From an archaeon (GTDB lineage Bacteria > Gemmatimonadota > Glassbacteria > GWA2-58-10), in NCBI GenBank assembly GCA_035528795.1, contig DATKXY010000177.1, positions 2,634 through 66,633 of the forward strand: a stretch of 64,000 nucleotides of DNA, given 5' to 3'. Under the pieces are notes generated by a model, which was not told where the DNA came from, did no database searches, and saw only the letters and a program-made list of their open reading frames with translations. The translations under genes were made by a program, and so were the position numbers. Positions within the stretch are counted from its first letter, which is position 1; each line of letters opens with the position of its first letter. Positions 38,538-48,613 of the stretch are shown piece after piece.

Positions 38538-39179
38538 TTAAAACATATTGACCTCAAAAATGTACAAGTTATTCATACCATACAGAAACTTTCGGTGGGC
38601 TCGCAGACGAAACCCGGCATCAGAACACATCCTGACTATGTCTCTGGTCCAGAGCCCACCTACTTCTCCTTCTTCCATTCCACCCCGTTTTTTATCTTCA
38701 GAGTACCACCAGATTTTATGGCCGACATATCCAAATATGGGATTTATCATCGTAATAATGAGTTTACCGTCAGGTTTGATCAGGCGACGAGCTTCTTTGA
38801 GGGCTTCCAGACGATAGGGAATATGATTCAGATTGGCCAGGAATGTAATAGTATCGAATGTGGCATCATTAAAGGGGAGGTCTGCTGAGCTTTTCACCAC
38901 CATTGCGTTTCCACCCCAATCATATACATCGACACCTATTCCGTTCCCATACAGATGCACAAGATTATTATACCCTGCGCCAATATCGAGCAGGTAACCT
39001 ACAAGATGAGGGAAAACAGCGCGAATCCGCTCTTCTTCCGTAGTGGTCCATCCAAAAGAAGGAAGCCATTGCTGGTCGAACAAGATCAGTCGGAAAGGTA
39101 TTCCAATGAGATCCCATACTTTTTTTAAAAGGCTCTTGTTTATCAAAACAGATCCGAAATTTATCACTTTAATGCTCAT
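38538..39179 (-). CDS. Class I SAM-dependent methyltransferase
   Basis: Motif I LDIGAGYN. VVKSSADLPFNDATFDTITFLANLNHI. KPDGKLIIT. Confidence 0.7.
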   Translation of the reverse strand: MSIKVINFGSVLINKSLLKKVWDLIGIPFRLILFDQQWLPSFGWTTTEEERIRAVFPHLVGYLLDIGAGYNNLVHLYGNGIGVDVYDWGGNAMVVKSSADLPFNDATFDTITFLANLNHIPYRLEALKEARRLIKPDGKLIITMINPIFGYVGHKIWWYSEDKKRGGMEEGEVGGLWTRDIVRMCSDAGFRLRAHRKFLYGMNNLYIFEVNMF

Positions 39180-39427
39180 AAATTGATCCAGCCTTTCTTC
39201 TTATAGAAACCTTTTATTTCACCTCTGCCTGTGTGCATGACAGCCCGAAAACTGAAAAGCTGACCTGTGGTGACAAACGTTATTTGTTTGCAGACAAGGC
39301 ATATACCAATGACGAGTCGAATCGCTAATGCCGTAGAAAAGATGTCTATTATGGAATTCTGGACCAGGAGCGAAGAAACCGCCTCTTGAGTGAAAAAGTA
39401 AAAGAAAGCCAACCGCAATAAAAGCAA
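39176..39427 (-). CDS. Small hydrophobic hypothetical protein
   Basis: ORF track. 4-bp overlap with the methyltransferase start. Membrane-like. Confidence 0.25.
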   Translation of the reverse strand: MLLLRLAFFYFFTQEAVSSLLVQNSIIDIFSTALAIRLVIGICLVCKQITFVTTGQLFSFRAVMHTGRGEIKGFYKKKGWINL

Positions 39428-39448
39428 TGTTCAAAATATACAGGAACC

Positions 39449-41482
39449 TCAATCAGCCAGGATCTCCCTGGCGAACGGGCTGCGGCTGCCGGAAATCTCG
39501 ATCTCTCCCCCGACCCGGGCTTTGGTAAAGCTGATTTTTGCTTTTCCTATCGTAATCGCAACCTCGGTGTCCGTGACCCGGGATTCAGCCTGCGGCACGC
39601 TTGCTGTGGCTGAATCTGCAGCAGTCAAAACGTGCAGGAAGTAATCCACAGCCGCTGGCACGGGCGGTGAGACCTCGACACGGCACTCAGGCGAGGGGCC
39701 GAACTCGCGCCCGGGCGGATAGCTCCTGCCTCCGTAGCTATAAAGGTCCGGCCCCTGGTTGAGCTTTACCCTGGCCTCCTTAGGCAGCACTGTCTGGACA
39801 AACAGCCGCCCCCTGCCATTGGCGATCACGAGGTTCGGCGCTGCTCCGGTGGGCGGCTTTGCAGCCTGAAGGAGCCAGGTCTTCTTGAAATTCGGGTCTT
39901 TTGATTTCACCCGGTCGAAAATCACGAACGTGCCGGGCCGGATATAGACAATCTGTCGGGTGAAATAGTCGAGCTTTTTGGCCCTGTAAGCCCTCGAGCA
40001 GTCACCGGCAAGGTAGAGGTAGGCGCTCCGGTCCTCGAAAGCGAGCATGTCCGCGATATCGTAAAGCCGGCGATCTTTCTCCCAGGCCGCCGCATCCTCG
40101 ACAGAGCCGTTGTGATGCGGCCAGTCGTGGTGCTGCCCGCCGTCGTTGCCTGTGACATTTCCCAGGCGGATAGCGGGCCAGGTCTCATCCGGATCGTAGA
40201 CCAGGATTGTATTATGGGCGATTGTGCGCAGCATGTAGTTGACCTCGTGGTCCGAGTTCCATGCAAAATACTGGCCGCCGTCGCCTGCCAGCTCCTCATA
40301 CTTGAAAATGACAAAATGTCCCACATCCAGGTGCTGGTGGGCAGTGAACCGGTCTCCGCATCTGAAGAAAAAGTAGGTGGCATCGTCATCCCACGAACTG
40401 CGCGCATAGACAAAGCCCGGGCCGGTGCTGATATGCGAGAGCTTGAAAGATTTCAGGTCGCCTTTCACTACTGTCGGATCGCGCCAGAGGAAATCTTTGT
40501 AAGCATTGACCACCATGCACGAGACCGGCATGGTCTCGTTGAAAGTATGGACACACCTGTGGGCCGGGTCATCGCGGAAGCGGCTCACCAGGATGCGCCG
40601 GGCCGAGAGGGTTTTGTCGCGGTCGTTTCCGGGGATCCTGCCGCAGCCGTCGCCCATGGGAACCGGCCGGCGTGAATTGTGCTCCCCGATTGCCGGGTAA
40701 GCCTCGAACATGCTTGCAATAGCACGTTTTCCCAGGAACTCCGGGGACATTGCGAAATAGTCAACCCCCTCGCAGCGGCGGGCCACCTCGCAGAAAAACA
40801 TCCATTCATAAGTCCAGTAATTCACATAGTAGCCCTCGGCCCAGCCGCCGCCGTCACCGGTTAGCTTAAAGGCCGGGACCACACGCTCGCAGAACTCTTT
40901 TTCCATGGCCGCTAAAATTTCCGGAGACCGCTTATTCTCATAATAAGTGGCGTAGCAGGCCATGCCGATCCCCCAGTGCTTGTAGCTATACCAGCCGTTA
41001 TGGAACGGCGAGGTCTCGGAGCGGACATTGGCATCCACGGTCTCGTTCAGGTAGCGGTGGAACTTCTCCCGTTCCACTTCTGTCCAGCAAGGGTAGCACA
41101 GGTCATAAATAATAGCGCAGTTGGCCAGGATATCGCCGAAACGGACATGGCCCACCAGAATCGGGGCGTTTATATATCTCATGGCTAGCTCGACTGCTTG
41201 CTTGCCCCTTTCTTCGTCCCCTTCGATCGCATACATCAGGGACATGGAGACCATCCTCTCGTGGTCGCCCCCTTCGCGCTGGGTGACCATCTCCACAACG
41301 CGGGCATAGGCCATCGGGCGCTGGCGCTCCAGGTCCTTCAGCTCCTCGCGGGTACCGAGCAGGCGCGGGTGTTCCCTGGACACTGCATGCCTTGTGGAAA
41401 AATCCGCGGTCTGCGCAGGACCTGTAATAAAGAACAGTCCGATCAGCGCCAGCCCAGCCGGTTTTTTCAATAATTCGAACAT
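39449..41482 (-). CDS. Secreted heparinase II/III-like (alginate-lyase-like toroid + Hepar_II_III beta-sandwich) protein, paralog 1
   Basis: Signal peptide. Motifs HPRLLGT, YDLCYPCW, FHNGWYSYKHWGIG, FTAHQHLDVGHF, IAHNTILVYD. About 60-70% identical to the other four. Confidence 0.55.
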   Translation of the reverse strand: MFELLKKPAGLALIGLFFITGPAQTADFSTRHAVSREHPRLLGTREELKDLERQRPMAYARVVEMVTQREGGDHERMVSMSLMYAIEGDEERGKQAVELAMRYINAPILVGHVRFGDILANCAIIYDLCYPCWTEVEREKFHRYLNETVDANVRSETSPFHNGWYSYKHWGIGMACYATYYENKRSPEILAAMEKEFCERVVPAFKLTGDGGGWAEGYYVNYWTYEWMFFCEVARRCEGVDYFAMSPEFLGKRAIASMFEAYPAIGEHNSRRPVPMGDGCGRIPGNDRDKTLSARRILVSRFRDDPAHRCVHTFNETMPVSCMVVNAYKDFLWRDPTVVKGDLKSFKLSHISTGPGFVYARSSWDDDATYFFFRCGDRFTAHQHLDVGHFVIFKYEELAGDGGQYFAWNSDHEVNYMLRTIAHNTILVYDPDETWPAIRLGNVTGNDGGQHHDWPHHNGSVEDAAAWEKDRRLYDIADMLAFEDRSAYLYLAGDCSRAYRAKKLDYFTRQIVYIRPGTFVIFDRVKSKDPNFKKTWLLQAAKPPTGAAPNLVIANGRGRLFVQTVLPKEARVKLNQGPDLYSYGGRSYPPGREFGPSPECRVEVSPPVPAAVDYFLHVLTAADSATASVPQAESRVTDTEVAITIGKAKISFTKARVGGEIEISGSRSPFAREILAD

Positions 41483-41590
41483 TTTTACCTCTGTGAAAAA
41501 TTAAGGGAGTTTGGTTTGATCGATAGCTGGACTAAACTCACAGTTTTAGAGCGCAACGCCGAAAGCCTCTGTAAACCGGCGGCCGGCGCA

Positions 41591-43648
41591 TTATTGATCA
41601 TGCCCTGCGTTTGCCGCGGTTCCTTTGGGGAACGGAATATGGCTGCCGGAAATCTCGATACTCCCTCCGACTTCTGCTGTGGTAAAGCTGAGTTTTATCT
41701 CGCCGAGCGTGGCTCTGACCGCAGTGTCCGTAACCTCTGCGGATGCCTGCGGTACGCTGGCTGTGGCGGAGTCGGCTGCTGTCAACACATGCAGGAAGTA
41801 ATCCACAGCCGAGGGGGACGGCGGCGAAACCTCAACGCGGCACTCTGGCGCTGGACCCGTATCGCGCTCCGGGGGATAGCTCTTGCCGCCATAGGTATAC
41901 AGGTCCGGCCCTGAGAAAAGCTTCACCTGAGGATCAAGCGGCAGCACGGTCTGGATAAACAGCCGCCCCCTGCCGTTTGTGATCTGGAGGCTCGGCGCCT
42001 TGCCTGTAGGAGTCTTCATGGCCTGCAAGAGCCAGGTTTTTTTAAAGGCGGGATTCCTGGATTTCACCCGGTCGAAAATCACAAATGTGCCGGGCCGGAT
42101 AAAGACAATCTGACGGGTATAATATTCGAGCTTTTTAGGGGAATAGGCCCTTGAACAATCACCGGCTGCGTACAAGTGGCTTCCCAGGTCTTCATAAGCG
42201 AGCATGTCCGCGATGTCGAAAAGCCGGCGGTTTTTCTCCCAGTCAGCCACATCTACAGCTGCGCCGTTATGGTGCGGCCAGTCGTGCATCTGTCCGCCGT
42301 CATTGCCTAGCAGGCCCTTCCAGGCGCGGATATTGGTCCAGGTCTCATCCGGGTCATAGACCAGGATGGTGTTATGGGCTATTGTGCGCAGGTGATAGTT
42401 GACATCGTGGTCGCCGCCGAATGAGGAATAATGGCCGCCGTCGCCGGCAAGCTCCTCGTACTTGTAGATCAGGAAATTCCCCAAATCCAGGTGCTGGTGC
42501 GCGGTGAACCGGTCGCCGCATTTGAAAAAGAAGTAAGTGGCGTCCTCATCCCACGAGCTGCGCGCATAGACATAACCCGGGCCGGGACTGTAATGGGAAA
42601 GCTTGAAAGCTTTCAGATCGCCTTTTATAACTGAGGTGTCGCGCCACAGAAAGTCCTTGTATGCGTATGTGCTCACGGCCGACTGGGGCGTGGTCTCGTT
42701 GAATGTATGTACCGCCTGGTGCGCCGGGTCGTCACGGTAATGGCTCACCAGGATGCGCCTGGCGGAGAGCGCCTTGTCCCGGTCTCCGCCGAACACCCGG
42801 CCGCCGCTGTCGCCGATCGGGATCGGCCGGCGGGAGTTATACTCGCGCAAGCCCGGGTAGGCCTCGAACATGCTGGCCACGGCGCGGTCAGTGAAAAATT
42901 TCGGCGCGAGCCCGTAGCAATCGAAGCCTTCGCACAACCGGGCGACCTCGCAGAAAAAAAGCCATTCATAGGACCAGTAATTGATATAGTATCCCTCGGC
43001 AAATCCCCCGCCGTCCCCTGACAGCTCAAGGGCCGGAGCCGCACGCGTGATATAATCCTGTTTCGTGGTCTCGAGAATCTCAGGGGCCCGCTCGTTCTCG
43101 TAATATGTGGCATAGCAGGCCAGGCCGTACCCCCAATGCTTGTATCCATACCAGGCGTTGTGGAATACGTGGGTTTCCGAATTTAGATTGGCATCCACTG
43201 TCTTGTTCATGTAGTCGTGGAACCGGACCCGCTCTTCAGGGTTCCAGCAGGGATAGCACAGGTCGTAGACAATGGCGCAGCGGGCCAGATCTGAGCCGAA
43301 AGTGACATGGCCCTGCCGGATCGGTCCGTTGACATATCTCATGGCCATCTCAACAGCTTTTTCGCCGATCTCTTTGTCCCCTTCGATTGCGCAGACCAGG
43401 GACATGGAGATCATCTTCTCGTGGTCGCCAGCCTCCCGGTTCCGGGCCACATCCACCACGCGCGCATAAGCCTCCGGGCGCTCCCTGGCCAACTGCTGCA
43501 GCCGCTCGAGCGAGCCCAGAAGGCGCGGGTGTTCCTTAGGGACAGCCTGCTTTTTTGTTCCGGCCTCCTCTTGAGCGCAGCCGGTCAAGAAAAAAACGGA
43601 CAGCCCGAACAAGATCAAGCCATTTAAGAAACGCGTGGTTTTAGACAT
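41591..43648 (-). CDS. Heparinase II/III-like lipoprotein, paralog 2. Start refined to MSKTTRF.
   Basis: Lipobox LTGCAQ. Same conserved blocks as paralog 1. Confidence 0.55.
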   Translation of the reverse strand: MSKTTRFLNGLILFGLSVFFLTGCAQEEAGTKKQAVPKEHPRLLGSLERLQQLARERPEAYARVVDVARNREAGDHEKMISMSLVCAIEGDKEIGEKAVEMAMRYVNGPIRQGHVTFGSDLARCAIVYDLCYPCWNPEERVRFHDYMNKTVDANLNSETHVFHNAWYGYKHWGYGLACYATYYENERAPEILETTKQDYITRAAPALELSGDGGGFAEGYYINYWSYEWLFFCEVARLCEGFDCYGLAPKFFTDRAVASMFEAYPGLREYNSRRPIPIGDSGGRVFGGDRDKALSARRILVSHYRDDPAHQAVHTFNETTPQSAVSTYAYKDFLWRDTSVIKGDLKAFKLSHYSPGPGYVYARSSWDEDATYFFFKCGDRFTAHQHLDLGNFLIYKYEELAGDGGHYSSFGGDHDVNYHLRTIAHNTILVYDPDETWTNIRAWKGLLGNDGGQMHDWPHHNGAAVDVADWEKNRRLFDIADMLAYEDLGSHLYAAGDCSRAYSPKKLEYYTRQIVFIRPGTFVIFDRVKSRNPAFKKTWLLQAMKTPTGKAPSLQITNGRGRLFIQTVLPLDPQVKLFSGPDLYTYGGKSYPPERDTGPAPECRVEVSPPSPSAVDYFLHVLTAADSATASVPQASAEVTDTAVRATLGEIKLSFTTAEVGGSIEISGSHIPFPKGTAANAGHDQ

Positions 43649-43794
43649 AGCGAGTTTGCTCCTGTGGGGTGAGAAAAGGCGGTTTTCCCTTTTTACAGAA
43701 GGAATCTGATTCAACTTCCCGGACTGCAGGTAAATCCGATTCGAATCAAAGATACCTTTGAAAAATGTGATCATTTTGCTTTAGAACTATGGCC

Positions 43795-43905
43795 TGCTTT
43801 ATATAACTCTATAAAATTCAATAGGTTATTGATAGGGGCGGTTCGCGAACCGCCCCTACGGATAGAATATTATCCTTTTACCTGGGATTTTTTTAAAGGT
43901 CTCTC
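43795..43905. repeat. Intergenic repeat family A, reverse-orientation copy
   Basis: gataggggcggttcgcgaaccgcccctac perfect palindrome, plus the reverse complement of agagacctttaaaaaaatcccaggtaaaaggataa. Confidence 0.65.
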
Positions 43906-43958
43906 AAAGATAAATTTTTAAGGATTTTTTTAAGGAATCAAGGGTTCGCAGTTTTAAG

Positions 43959-46139
43959 CTACATCTTTTTCAGGCATTCGAGCACGTCGAGAACGTCTAT
44001 TGCCCCGTCCTCGTTCATGTCCGCGCAGACTGACTGCTGCCCGGTCGGAGCTCCCAGTCCCAAGGCGAACCGGAGGATCGTCACCGCGTCCAAGATATTT
44101 ACAGCACCGTCATCAGTGACATCCCCAGGCAGGAAGCACTCAGTACTCTCGAAAGTATAACCGACCTCGCCTGTCTTAAAAGTGATCTCTGTCCTGCCCA
44201 GCGTGACCTTGACCTCTGTTTCCGTGACCTGCGCCGCTGCCTGCGGGACGCTCGTGGTGGATGAGTCGGTGGCAGTCAAAACATGGAGGAAGTAATCCAC
44301 AGTTGCAGGCAGGAAGGGCGAGATCTCGATTCGGCACTCGGGCGCCGGGCCGGTATCGCTCTCCGGCGGATAGCTCCTGCCGCCGTAACTGTAAAGGTCC
44401 GAGCCTGAGTTAAGTTTTACCACGGACCTGGTTGGGAGCACGGTCTGCACGAACAGCCTTCCTCTCCCATTGGTGATCCGGAGGTTCGGCGCCTCCCCTG
44501 TGGGAGGTTTCATGGCCTGCAGGAGCCAGGTTTTTTTGTAGGTGGTTCTCCTAGATTTCACCCGGTCGAAAATCACGAATGTGCCGGGCCGGATGAAGAC
44601 GATCTGCCTGGTGAAATATTCGAGCTTGCCTGTTGAATAGGCTCTCGAGCAGTCGCCTGCCACATAAAGGTAGCGGCCCTGGTCTTCGAAAGCGAGTATA
44701 TCGGCGATATCGTACAGATTACGCCCTGTTTGCCAGGCCGCTGCGTCTTCGACAACTCCGTTATGATGGGGCCAGTTGTGGTGCTGCCCGCCGTCGTTGC
44801 CAGTGACCGTGCCTGCCCGGATGCCCGGCCAGGTCTCGTTCTGATCATAGACCAGTATCGTGTTATGGGCGATTGTGCGCAGGTGGTAGTTGACATCATG
44901 GAACGAGCCGAACGAGTCGTAATGGCCCCCGTCTCCGGCCAGCTCCTCGTACTTGCAGATCAGGAAATGCCCGTTGTCCAGATGCTGGTGCGCGGTGAAC
45001 CGGTCGCCGCATTTGAAAAAGAAATAGGTGGCGTCCTCATCCCACGAGCTGCGCGCATAGACATAACCCGCACCCGGGCTGTAATGCGAGAGCTTGAAAG
45101 CTTTCAGGTCGCCTTTGGGTACGGAGGTATCGTGCCACAGAAGGTCTTTGTAGGCGTAAGTGCCGGTAGCCGAGCGCGGAGTGGTCTCGTTAAAAGCGAA
45201 GACTGCCTGGTGCGCCGGGTCATCGCGGTAGCGGCTGACCAAAATGCGCCGGGCCGAGAGGGCCTTGTCCCGGTCGCCGCCGTATACCCTTCCTCCTCCG
45301 TCACCCATGGGAATCGGCCGGCGGGAATTATATTCGCGGATGCCGGGGTAAGCCTCGAACATGCTGGCCACGGCGCGGTTCCTGAAAAATTTAGGCGCCA
45401 TCTCATAGTAATCCAGCCCCTCACAGTAGCGGGCGACCTCGCAGAAAAACATCCATTCGTAGGACCAGTAGTTGATATAGTATCCCTCCGCCCAGCCGCC
45501 GCCGTCCCCGGCCAGCTCGAGGCACGGAGCGGCGCGGTTGCGGAACTCCTGCTCCAGGGCTTTGAGAATCCCAGGCGCGCGGTCGTTCTCGTAATATGTA
45601 GCATAGCAGGCCAGGCCGATCCCCCAATGCTTGTAGCCGTACCAGCCGTTGTGGAACGGCGAGGTCTCGGAGTTGACATTTCCATCCACAGTGGCGTTCA
45701 TGTATACATGAAACTTCGTGCGCTCCTCCTGAGTCCATGAGGAATAGCACAGGTCGTACACAACCGCGCAGCGCGCCAGGTCGTGGCCGAAAGTCTCATG
45801 GCCGATTATGATCGGGCCGTTGACATAGTTCATAGCCAATTCAACGGCCTCCCTGCCGATTGCGCTGTCCCCATCGATTGCACAGACCAGGGACATGGAG
45901 ATCATCCTCTCATGGTCTCCCGCTTCCTGGTTGTGTGCCACGCTCACAGTGCGCGCGTAGGCATCAGGCCGCTCACGGGCCAGTTCTTTCAGCCGCTCCA
46001 GCGAGCCCAACAGGCGCGGATGTTCAGTGGGGATAGAGTGCCGCGTGGAATCGCCAGCGCTCTGGGCGAATACGGCCAGACAAAACACCGAGAGCCAGGA
46101 AAGTGCCAGTCCAACTGATAACTTTATTAATTTAAACAT
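43959..46139 (-). CDS. Heparinase II/III-like secreted protein, paralog 3, with C-terminal dockerin-like module
   Basis: Conserved lyase blocks plus C-terminal GDVTDDGAVNILDAVTIL...DMNEDGAIDVLDVLECL (two Ca-binding loop repeats). Confidence 0.55.
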   Translation of the reverse strand: MFKLIKLSVGLALSWLSVFCLAVFAQSAGDSTRHSIPTEHPRLLGSLERLKELARERPDAYARTVSVAHNQEAGDHERMISMSLVCAIDGDSAIGREAVELAMNYVNGPIIIGHETFGHDLARCAVVYDLCYSSWTQEERTKFHVYMNATVDGNVNSETSPFHNGWYGYKHWGIGLACYATYYENDRAPGILKALEQEFRNRAAPCLELAGDGGGWAEGYYINYWSYEWMFFCEVARYCEGLDYYEMAPKFFRNRAVASMFEAYPGIREYNSRRPIPMGDGGGRVYGGDRDKALSARRILVSRYRDDPAHQAVFAFNETTPRSATGTYAYKDLLWHDTSVPKGDLKAFKLSHYSPGAGYVYARSSWDEDATYFFFKCGDRFTAHQHLDNGHFLICKYEELAGDGGHYDSFGSFHDVNYHLRTIAHNTILVYDQNETWPGIRAGTVTGNDGGQHHNWPHHNGVVEDAAAWQTGRNLYDIADILAFEDQGRYLYVAGDCSRAYSTGKLEYFTRQIVFIRPGTFVIFDRVKSRRTTYKKTWLLQAMKPPTGEAPNLRITNGRGRLFVQTVLPTRSVVKLNSGSDLYSYGGRSYPPESDTGPAPECRIEISPFLPATVDYFLHVLTATDSSTTSVPQAAAQVTETEVKVTLGRTEITFKTGEVGYTFESTECFLPGDVTDDGAVNILDAVTILRFALGLGAPTGQQSVCADMNEDGAIDVLDVLECLKKM

Positions 46140-46326
46140 AATCCGGCAGCTCCTGTGTATTGAGGAATGGAGTGTCTCTCTGGATTATCGACAGGATCAG
46201 GTCTGCCCGCGGACAGCGGTTGAAACTCCTGAACAGATTTCGGGCAAACAGCACCCAATCAATCAAGACACCCCGGCCTGATGGCCGGAAGCTTTATATC
46301 TCAGGATCTCTGATCCTGCATAAAAT

Positions 46327-48429
46327 CTACTCGGCTATGATCTGTTTAGCTAACGGGACACGTCTGCCCGAAATCTCGATCTCTCCCCCGACAGCGTCTT
46401 TTGTAAAGACAAGCTTAGCCTCGCCGAGCGCGGCTGTGACCTCTGTGTCCGTAACCTGCGCCACTGCCTGGGGGACACTGGAACAGGCGGAGTCTGTAGC
46501 TGTCAATACGTGCAGGAAGTAATCCACAGCCGAAGGCGAGGACGGCGAGACCCCGACACGGCACTCGGGCGCCGGGCCCCGTTCCTCCTCAGGCGCATAG
46601 CTCTTGCCGCCGTAGGTGTAAAGGTCCGACCCCTGGTTGAGCTTCACCAGGGCCTTTTCTGGCAGCACGGTCTGGACAAACAGCCGCCCCCTGCCGTTGG
46701 TGATCACAAGCTCTGGCGCCTTGCCTGTGGGCGGCTTCGCGGCCTGAAGCTGCCAGGTCTTCCTGAAATTCGGGTCTTTGGATTTCACCCGGTCGAAAAT
46801 CACGAATGTGCCGGGCCGGATAAAGACAATCTGGCGGGTGAAATATTCGAGCTTTTTCGGCGAGTAGGCCCGCGAGCAGTCCCCGGCCACGTAGAGGTAT
46901 TCGCCCCTGTCCTCAAAGGCGAGCATGTCCGCGATATCGTAAAGCTGGCGGTTTTTCTCCCAGTCAGCCACATCTACAGCCGCGCCGTTGTGGTGCGGCC
47001 AGTCGTGCATCTGCCCCCCGTCATTGCCTATCGCACCTTTCCAGGCCCGGATGTTAGTCCAGGTCTCATCCGGGTCGTAGACCAGTATCGAGCTGTGGGC
47101 GATCGTGCGCAGGAGATAGTTGACATCGTGCTCCCCGCCGAAATAATAGTACTGGCCGCCGTCCCCGGCGAGCTCCTCATACTTGCAGATCAGGAAATGC
47201 CCGTTGTCCAGGTGCTGGTGCGCGGTGAAGCGGTCGCCGCATTTGAAATAGAAATAAGTGGCGTCCTCATCCCACGAGCTGCGCGCGTAAACATAGCCTG
47301 CACCCGGGCTGAAATGCGAGAGCTTGAAAGCTTTCAGGTCGCCTTTGTTGACAGTAGTATCCCGCCAGAGGAAGTCCTTGTAAGCGTTTCCGGGCACTCC
47401 TGAGACAGGGGTGGTCTCGTTGAAAGCATGCACCACCTGATGCGCCGGGTCGTCGCGGAAAAAGTTCACCAGGATGCGCCTGGCGGAGAGGGCCTTGTCG
47501 CGCTCAGGACGGAATTTCTGGCCCCCGCTGTCGCCCATGGGGATCGGCCGGCGTGAATTGTTCTCGCGGATCCCAGGGTAGGCCTCGAACATGCTGGCCA
47601 CGGCGCGGTTAGTGTAAAACCTGGGCGCCAGCTCATAGCAGTCGAACCCCTCGCATCTCCGCGCCACCTCGCAGAAAAACATCCATTCATAGGACCAGTA
47701 ATTGATATAGTACCCCTCCGCCCATCCGCCGCCGTCCCCGGCCAGCTCAAGGGCCGGAGCCGCGCGCGTGATATAATCCTGCCTGGTGGTCTCGAGAATC
47801 TCCGGGGCGCGCTCGTTCTCGTACCAGGTCGCATAACAGGCCAGGCCGTATCCCCAGTGTTTGTATCCGTACCAGGCATTGTGGAACACATGGGTCTCGG
47901 AGTTCACATTGGCATCCACTGTCCGGTTCATGTAGTCGTGGAATTTCAGGCGCTCTTCCTCTGTCCAGCAAGGATAGCACAGGTCGTAAACCAGGGCGCA
48001 GTTGGCCAGGTCGTGGCCGAATGTCTCATGGCCCACCCGGACCGGGGCCTCGATATATTTCATGGCCATCTGCACGGCCTGTTTGCAGAGCTCATTGTCC
48101 CCGTCGATCGCGCAGACCAGCGCCATGGAAATCATCTTCCCGTGCCTGTCAGCTATCAGCTGGTCGCCGGCCTCGATATTGCGCGCTACACCCACAACAC
48201 GCGCATAGGCCTCAGGCCTCTGCTCGGCCAGGTCCTGCAGTTCCTGCCTGGAGCCCAGCAGACGCGGGTGTTCCTTGCTGATTGCGTGCCTTGTAATACC
48301 AGTCTGCCCGGGAGTGGAAACAGCCTGTACCGGGGTTGACTCTTTCTCTTTTTTTGCGCACCCGGCCCAGCAAAAGACAGACAGACAAAGCAACACCAAA
48401 GCCTTCTGTAAATAAGTTGATCCAGACAT
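46327..48429 (-). CDS. Heparinase II/III-like lipoprotein, paralog 4. Start refined to MSGSTYLQ.
   Basis: Lipobox WAGCAKK. Conserved blocks as above. Confidence 0.55.
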   Translation of the reverse strand: MSGSTYLQKALVLLCLSVFCWAGCAKKEKESTPVQAVSTPGQTGITRHAISKEHPRLLGSRQELQDLAEQRPEAYARVVGVARNIEAGDQLIADRHGKMISMALVCAIDGDNELCKQAVQMAMKYIEAPVRVGHETFGHDLANCALVYDLCYPCWTEEERLKFHDYMNRTVDANVNSETHVFHNAWYGYKHWGYGLACYATWYENERAPEILETTRQDYITRAAPALELAGDGGGWAEGYYINYWSYEWMFFCEVARRCEGFDCYELAPRFYTNRAVASMFEAYPGIRENNSRRPIPMGDSGGQKFRPERDKALSARRILVNFFRDDPAHQVVHAFNETTPVSGVPGNAYKDFLWRDTTVNKGDLKAFKLSHFSPGAGYVYARSSWDEDATYFYFKCGDRFTAHQHLDNGHFLICKYEELAGDGGQYYYFGGEHDVNYLLRTIAHSSILVYDPDETWTNIRAWKGAIGNDGGQMHDWPHHNGAAVDVADWEKNRQLYDIADMLAFEDRGEYLYVAGDCSRAYSPKKLEYFTRQIVFIRPGTFVIFDRVKSKDPNFRKTWQLQAAKPPTGKAPELVITNGRGRLFVQTVLPEKALVKLNQGSDLYTYGGKSYAPEEERGPAPECRVGVSPSSPSAVDYFLHVLTATDSACSSVPQAVAQVTDTEVTAALGEAKLVFTKDAVGGEIEISGRRVPLAKQIIAE

Positions 48430-48613
48430 GGTCGGGTTTCTCCTCTGAAAAGGGAAGTTAAGTGAGATACGGTTAGTGACGGCAGCGGGTCGTCTAAAGA
48501 ACGGCAATTGGAATCCGGATCGAATCCGGGACAAACTGCATTCAAGAAATCTCGAGATCCAGGTCATAGAATGAACTAACCATTATTTCAGGCTCAATGT
48601 TCCTGCCGGAACA

